Shown here in pieces: positions 59,662-64,000 of a DNA stretch of 64,000 nt. The notes beneath the pieces are model-generated. The model made no database searches and had not been told where the DNA came from. It was given only the letters and a program-made list of their open reading frames with translations. Position 1 is the stretch's first letter; each line of letters opens with the position of its first letter. The DNA is from a virus. The stretch spans positions 100,032 through 164,031 of the IMG/VR virus record IMGVR_UViG_3300009702_000016. One strand, given 5' to 3'. The translations under genes and the position numbers were made by a program.

Positions 59662-60951
59662 ATGGCAGGACTAGTCGGTATCGCGTTTACTTCCCCCGCA
59701 ATTGCTGTTACGGTAATAGACCATGACCTGTTCCGGGTACACTTCTATCGTAAGAACCCCGGAGCGCTTCATGCCTTTCTTCAGGAGGCGGATGACCGTC
59801 TTCCTATCGTTCTCCTTTCCTCGATGAGAGACCTGAAGAGGGTTGAGAAGGTGAAGGGGGTGCATGCATTTCTTCTGGCAGAGGACCCGAGAGCCTTGTT
59901 TGAGGTGAAGGGGGCCAACATCCTAGATGCTGTCCCTGACGAGAAGCATTTGGGGTACAAGAAGATGGATATCACTCCAGAAGATATCAACTCGGCCCTT
60001 TCCCTTCCTCCCTCTTTTGAGATTACTGAGGAAGCACTAGCTGCTCTTGGTTCATTGGCTGATGACATCTCTTTCTATGAGCTTGTGCATGGCGTCACTG
60101 AGGGGTACAAGGGTCTTCCTGATGAGTACGAGACGAACATCTGTATGTACGTAGTTCGTGCGCTTCAGCGCCGATCCTGGGTGGCTAGAGTGCAGAAGCC
60201 CGGTCTAAAGGCAGGAGTGCCCGTTGAGAAGATGGCGGAGATTGAAAAGTACATTGATACTTCTCCTTTTTCGGATCTTCTTTGGCGTGCATACTATGAC
60301 CACGTTGAGAATAAGGTCCCTCTGGAGGAAGTAGTTTCTCAATATGAGGCGAACAAGAAGGACTTAGAGTACGTGATAAAGGTTCTAGGAGAGAGTGAGC
60401 TGAAGTACTGTAAGCTCCCTGAGGACTCACCCATCGTTTTCAAGAAGAGGAGAAAAGTGAGAAAGCTAAAGCCTATCGCCCCGCATGGTACGTCCGTGTC
60501 CCCTTTGGCACGCAAGTCACCCCGCAAAAAGAAGAATCCAAATTCGTCTGTTCTTGGGGCTTTACTGTCCTCTTTGGACGAGTCACTTGCTGGAAAGGAG
60601 AAGTTCGACCACTGCTTCTCTAGGACTGCCTGCGCCTTTCTGGTGGGTCTGCTCTCTGGGGATGCGTTTTCTGAAGCGAGCCGTCTAGCAGTCAAGCAAG
60701 GCGCAAAGAAGGCTACTGTAGTGGACCTCGTGAAGTTTGTGAGATCGGCCCAGGACTCCTCAAATACCCAGTCAGCCTATTGCTACTATACCTACTCTGT
60801 GGGGGTCACGGCCTCCTCGGCTGCTGAGAAGTACGGTGTGTCTCCTGTCGTTTTGAAGACGATACTTAAGTACAAGCCGTTGGCCCTGGTTTCTCCCTCG
60901 AAGACTACTTTTCTACAGTGGCCTGACGGCTTGGAGCCGTGGTCTATGTGA
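59662..60951 (+). CDS. hypothetical protein with an apparent internal helical duplication
   Basis: 429 aa ORF; two similar segments ending RAYYDH.../SAYCYY... Confidence 0.7.
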   Translation: MAGLVGIAFTSPAIAVTVIDHDLFRVHFYRKNPGALHAFLQEADDRLPIVLLSSMRDLKRVEKVKGVHAFLLAEDPRALFEVKGANILDAVPDEKHLGYKKMDITPEDINSALSLPPSFEITEEALAALGSLADDISFYELVHGVTEGYKGLPDEYETNICMYVVRALQRRSWVARVQKPGLKAGVPVEKMAEIEKYIDTSPFSDLLWRAYYDHVENKVPLEEVVSQYEANKKDLEYVIKVLGESELKYCKLPEDSPIVFKKRRKVRKLKPIAPHGTSVSPLARKSPRKKKNPNSSVLGALLSSLDESLAGKEKFDHCFSRTACAFLVGLLSGDAFSEASRLAVKQGAKKATVVDLVKFVRSAQDSSNTQSAYCYYTYSVGVTASSAAEKYGVSPVVLKTILKYKPLALVSPSKTTFLQWPDGLEPWSM

Positions 60952-60996
60952 TTTTCAACCCTCCCAATACGAGGACAGGTTAGAGTCCTACATGGA

Positions 60997-61380
60997 GTGC
61001 CCCTAAAGAGGGTATCGCAGGGCACATTATCTACCCGTATGGGCGACGAACCGGACTCTTGGGATCTCCTCCTCATGATCTCAAGATCAGTTGGGGGTCT
61101 ATCCATTTCTCTCCTAAATGGAGTGAGCAGAGGGGCAGTAATGTCCCTTTCGATGTCAGTTTCTGCGCTTCTTGAGGCTAAAGTATCTCCAGAAGCATTT
61201 AGCTCGATACACTCCATGTTCTCAGGTCTTCCGTGTGAGACAGAGGAGTTGGACACCCTATTCTCTGCCTTGCTTTCCGTGTGCCTGCTTGCACAGGACT
61301 ACGAACAGGATAAGGCGAATTCCGTCCTTCTGAGCCTTATTGCCTTATCTCCCGAGTCTCTGTCAAATCAGTACAACTGA
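60997..61380 (+). CDS. hypothetical protein (in frame with upstream gene across TGA)
   Basis: ORF track. Confidence 0.55.
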   Translation: MPLKRVSQGTLSTRMGDEPDSWDLLLMISRSVGGLSISLLNGVSRGAVMSLSMSVSALLEAKVSPEAFSSIHSMFSGLPCETEELDTLFSALLSVCLLAQDYEQDKANSVLLSLIALSPESLSNQYN

Positions 61381-61544
61381 TGGTTGACAAGGTTCTAAAG
61401 AAGGCAAGAGAGGGCCTACCTGCACTCCTAGACCTATTGGAGAAGGACTTACGTGCAGTTGGCTTCATCGGAACGCACAAGATTTTGAGGCTCCTCAAAA
61501 AGCTACGCCTGGAGGTAGAAAAAGAGCATCCAGACTCGGAGTAG
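61380..61544 (+). CDS. small hypothetical protein (54 aa, not in ORF track)
   Basis: TGATG coupling; MVDKVLKKAREG...EHPDSE. Confidence 0.55.
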   Translation: MVDKVLKKAREGLPALLDLLEKDLRAVGFIGTHKILRLLKKLRLEVEKEHPDSE

Positions 61545-61611
61545 TCGGTAAAGGGTGCTTGGAAGCGTGGAGTGTTTCCTCGTTTTCAATCAAACCTACT
61601 GGAGTCTCAGA

Positions 61612-62250
61612 ATGAGCACAAAAAAGAAGAGCACGGTCAGCGAACTGACTGATGCATTTATGTTGGGAAAAGCCGTTAGTGTTAACGGGCTGCGTCTGTC
61701 CCCGGACGCTCTCAGGGGAGTTATTCTTGGTATGCGCTATCAGGACGGAGATCCTGCGCTCTCCTTGGAGGTTTTCTCATTCATGAAGGGGGAGGCGAAA
61801 GCTTCCGTAGCTCCCGAGAAGGAGGAGGAGGCTCCCAAGAAGGCGGCTCCCAAGAAGGCTGCTGTTAAGAAGGCTGCTGTTAAGAAGAAGGCCGCCACTA
61901 AGAAGGCTGCTGTTAAGAAGGCTCCTCCTGTTGACGACGATGACTGGGAGGACGATGAGGATGAGGAGGAGACTCCTGCTCCCAAGAAGGCCCCCAAGAA
62001 GGCTGCTGCTAAGGCCGCCACTAAGAAGGTTGCTGTTAAGAAGGCTGCTGTTAAGAAGGCTCCTCCTGTTGACGACGACGATGACGATGATGATGACTGG
62101 GAGGATGATGATGACTGGGAGGACGATGAGGATGAGGAGGAGACTCCTGCCCCCAAGAAGGCTGCTGCTAAGAAGGCTCCTCCTGTTGACGACGACGACG
62201 ATGACGATGACGATGACGACGACTGGGACGACGATTTCGACGACGATTGA
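61612..62250 (+). CDS. histone H1-like K/A-rich protein alternating with acidic tracts
   Basis: KKAAVKK repeats and DDDDWEDD tracts; GGAG RBS before ATG 61612. Confidence 0.75.
   Translation: MSTKKKSTVSELTDAFMLGKAVSVNGLRLSPDALRGVILGMRYQDGDPALSLEVFSFMKGEAKASVAPEKEEEAPKKAAPKKAAVKKAAVKKKAATKKAAVKKAPPVDDDDWEDDEDEEETPAPKKAPKKAAAKAATKKVAVKKAAVKKAPPVDDDDDDDDDWEDDDDWEDDEDEEETPAPKKAAAKKAPPVDDDDDDDDDDDDWDDDFDDD
61825..62247 (+). repeat. threefold coding repeat (basic block + acidic block)
   Basis: AAGAAGGCTCCTCCTGTTGACGACGA occurs three times. Confidence 0.9.
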
Positions 62251-62265
62251 TCGTCTACTCCCCTA

Positions 62266-62313
62266 AGAATGGAGCGGGGTGGTGCACTGTCACTGCCCCG
62301 CTCTATCCATTCT
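62266..62313 (+). terminator. long GC-rich hairpin without U-tract
   Basis: GAGCGGGGTGGTG/CACTGCCCCGCTC stem, extendable by AGAATGG/CCATTCT. Confidence 0.5.
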
Positions 62314-62321
62314 AAGGCGAC

Positions 62322-62339
62322 CAGGGTGGATCCACCCTA
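62322..62339. promoter_or_regulatory. palindromic repeated element, copy 3 (perfect 16-bp palindrome)
   Basis: AGGGTGGATCCACCCT at 62323-62338. Confidence 0.7.
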
Positions 62340-62375
62340 TTCTGTATAAAGAACTAGCCGCATAGGAGGCCTACT

Positions 62376-62795
62376 GTGTTTATGAATATCAGTGATTTAG
62401 AGCTTTCAGGACCGATAGTTGACCGAACTATGAAATTGTGCACGAGTTGTGGTCAGATTCATGCGAAGGAAGTGTGCCCCTCGTGCTCACATCCAGAGAG
62501 TATCGTGTTTCTAGATAGTCGACCGCTTCTCCTGAGTATGGATCTTAACAACGCGATCCGATACAAGATCAACCAAATCAGCGACCATATCGGAGAGATG
62601 GAAGACGACGAGCGAGAGTTCAACATCCAAGAGTTTATTCCTTTTCTCTCTATTCTCCTGGACGAGTCTACGCTAGCAGACCACCGGAAGCGAGATTGTT
62701 CAGGAGGGTACCGCGAGACAGACCTTAGCACCGTTGAAAGTTTGGAGCTGATCAACTCCATGCAGCTTCCTACAACCCGAGTAGAGAAGGCGTAA
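62376..62795 (+). CDS. zinc-ribbon protein
   Basis: CTSCG...CPSC; AGGAGG RBS. Confidence 0.7.
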   Translation: MFMNISDLELSGPIVDRTMKLCTSCGQIHAKEVCPSCSHPESIVFLDSRPLLLSMDLNNAIRYKINQISDHIGEMEDDEREFNIQEFIPFLSILLDESTLADHRKRDCSGGYRETDLSTVESLELINSMQLPTTRVEKA

Positions 62796-63008
62796 ATGTT
62801 TCATTCGGACTGTTGCAGAGCCGTCCCCGCTTCTTCTCGTCTGAGGGAAGTGAAGAACTTAGAAGACGTCGTTAAGGACATGTGCGAAAAGACAGACTCT
62901 GAAATCTTGCACAACCTTGAGGCCCCGCGTTTTTCCCTTGTCTACCGTCAGCTGCTATCCGTTGCTGACCGAATCCGTACCCTGATGGAAGTTAATAATG
63001 AGCAATAA
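62796..63008 (+). CDS. hypothetical protein
   Basis: ORF track. Confidence 0.55.
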   Translation: MFHSDCCRAVPASSRLREVKNLEDVVKDMCEKTDSEILHNLEAPRFSLVYRQLLSVADRIRTLMEVNNEQ

Positions 63009-63405
63009 CACGCAGGAAGATGTTTCTCGACATTTTTCAGAACTGTCCTCTAGTTTGAAGCTTACCCCGGTTTTGAAGGATGAGAATGTGTCTAGGGTAC
63101 TTCACGGACTAGAAGCCGCCCTCCATTCGGATGGATTTGACGTGAGTGGGGCCTCGTCTTCTACAGCTGCAAATGACCCTAAAACTTTGGTTTTTCGGGT
63201 GTTTGACACTCTGGCTTCTTCGACCGTGGAGGGATTCGTTTCCCTTCTTGACGGGTGGAAGTTTCGGGCATTGCACCATAAATCCGCTCATTTCGTAGTC
63301 ATTAGTAATGTTCCTCGCCTGACTGAGAAGAGAGTAAAGAAGGCAGTCCGAGACTGCATTCTTGCAGGGAGGGGCGCTAAGGACACGCAAGAGTCGTCCG
63401 AATGA
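62998..63405 (+). CDS. hypothetical protein
   Basis: ORF track. Confidence 0.6.
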   Translation: MSNNTQEDVSRHFSELSSSLKLTPVLKDENVSRVLHGLEAALHSDGFDVSGASSSTAANDPKTLVFRVFDTLASSTVEGFVSLLDGWKFRALHHKSAHFVVISNVPRLTEKRVKKAVRDCILAGRGAKDTQESSE

Positions 63406-63935
63406 CTGATCCTTTTGGTAAGCTCTCTTACGAGAATCACACGTTTGAGACAAGAGCAGAGTGCCTTGTTGTAGCTCTTCAGGCTGCGATGAAGGTTCAC
63501 GGGATAAAAGAGGACGATAAATCGATGAAATGCCTTCGTCGTCTGAAAAAGGCGATGAAGAAGAGCAAGGTACGAAAGTACAGCTTCTCTATCATTTCGA
63601 AGGAAGGGTGCGAATCAGATGATACTTCTCCCTCTCCAGTTCATCCTGTGGAGGAGAACGAGCACTCTGCGGCGCTAATCAAATACTTGTCTTCTTTCCT
63701 TGGTGCTAAATGCGGATTCAAGTGTTTGTCTTCCACCTCTAGTCGTTACCTTGTGTTGAAGGTGAGGTGTGTTGCACTAGAGGGCGTGTTCCCGAAAGAG
63801 ATAAAATTTCCTCCTCTCGCGCCCGTTCTTCGGAAGAAGGGAATCAACTTTGTGTCTTTTTCGGTGGTAAAGAGGGTACCTTTCCCTGACAAGGGTGCCG
63901 AGGGCCTCATTGTTCAGTGCATTTACGGCACCTGA
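63402..63935 (+). CDS. hypothetical protein
   Basis: ATGA overlap. Confidence 0.6.
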   Translation: MTDPFGKLSYENHTFETRAECLVVALQAAMKVHGIKEDDKSMKCLRRLKKAMKKSKVRKYSFSIISKEGCESDDTSPSPVHPVEENEHSAALIKYLSSFLGAKCGFKCLSSTSSRYLVLKVRCVALEGVFPKEIKFPPLAPVLRKKGINFVSFSVVKRVPFPDKGAEGLIVQCIYGT

Positions 63936-64000
63936 ATGGCTAGAAGAAGAAAACGCCGGAAGAAGGATAGAGATACCCTAGGAGTGGCTCCTGGGAAACC

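Noticed and set aside
62251-62375. tRNA or known ncRNA in the structured intergenic region
   Set aside because: No cloverleaf or TTC T-loop pattern; only a hairpin and the palindrome
1-64000. Genome-wide stop-codon reassignment (e.g. TAG->Gln, TGA->Trp)
   Set aside because: TAG, TAA and TGA all end well-defined genes (polA TAG, gyrA TAA, sheath TGA), and long genes are intact under code 11; the interruptions are isolated and involve different codons

Overview
A 64 kb, gene-dense segment of a large (probably jumbo) contractile-tailed dsDNA phage. All credible genes are on the + strand. About 1-21 kb holds virion, baseplate and fibre genes plus membrane/lysis candidates. About 23-40 kb holds a SNF2-type helicase, a family A DNA polymerase with an N-terminal uracil-DNA-glycosylase-like domain, type IIA topoisomerase B and A subunits, three exported hydrolases (SGNH esterase, matrixin-like protease, lytic transglycosylase) and a DNA methyltransferase. 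About 41-53 kb holds tail sheath, tube, a frameshifting tail chaperone and tape measure, interleaved with charged small proteins. About 53-64 kb holds an HNH-RHH protein, a sigma-like protein, DnaX, SbcC and a histone-like protein. Capsid, portal, terminase, tRNA and CRISPR elements were not seen. The most notable observations are: (1) a dispersed family of charged proteins sharing a helix-Gly-helix/[KR]xA motif, possibly a capsid-packaging or processing signal; (2) a three-copy palindromic element CAGGGTGG[AC]TCCAC[CT]CTA; (3) several conserved genes broken at single points (gyrB frameshift, sbcC amber, tail gene ochre), which are either recoding, decay or sequence error; (4) a clear -1 frameshift in the tail chaperone. 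All calls come from motif recognition by eye; no database searches were run.
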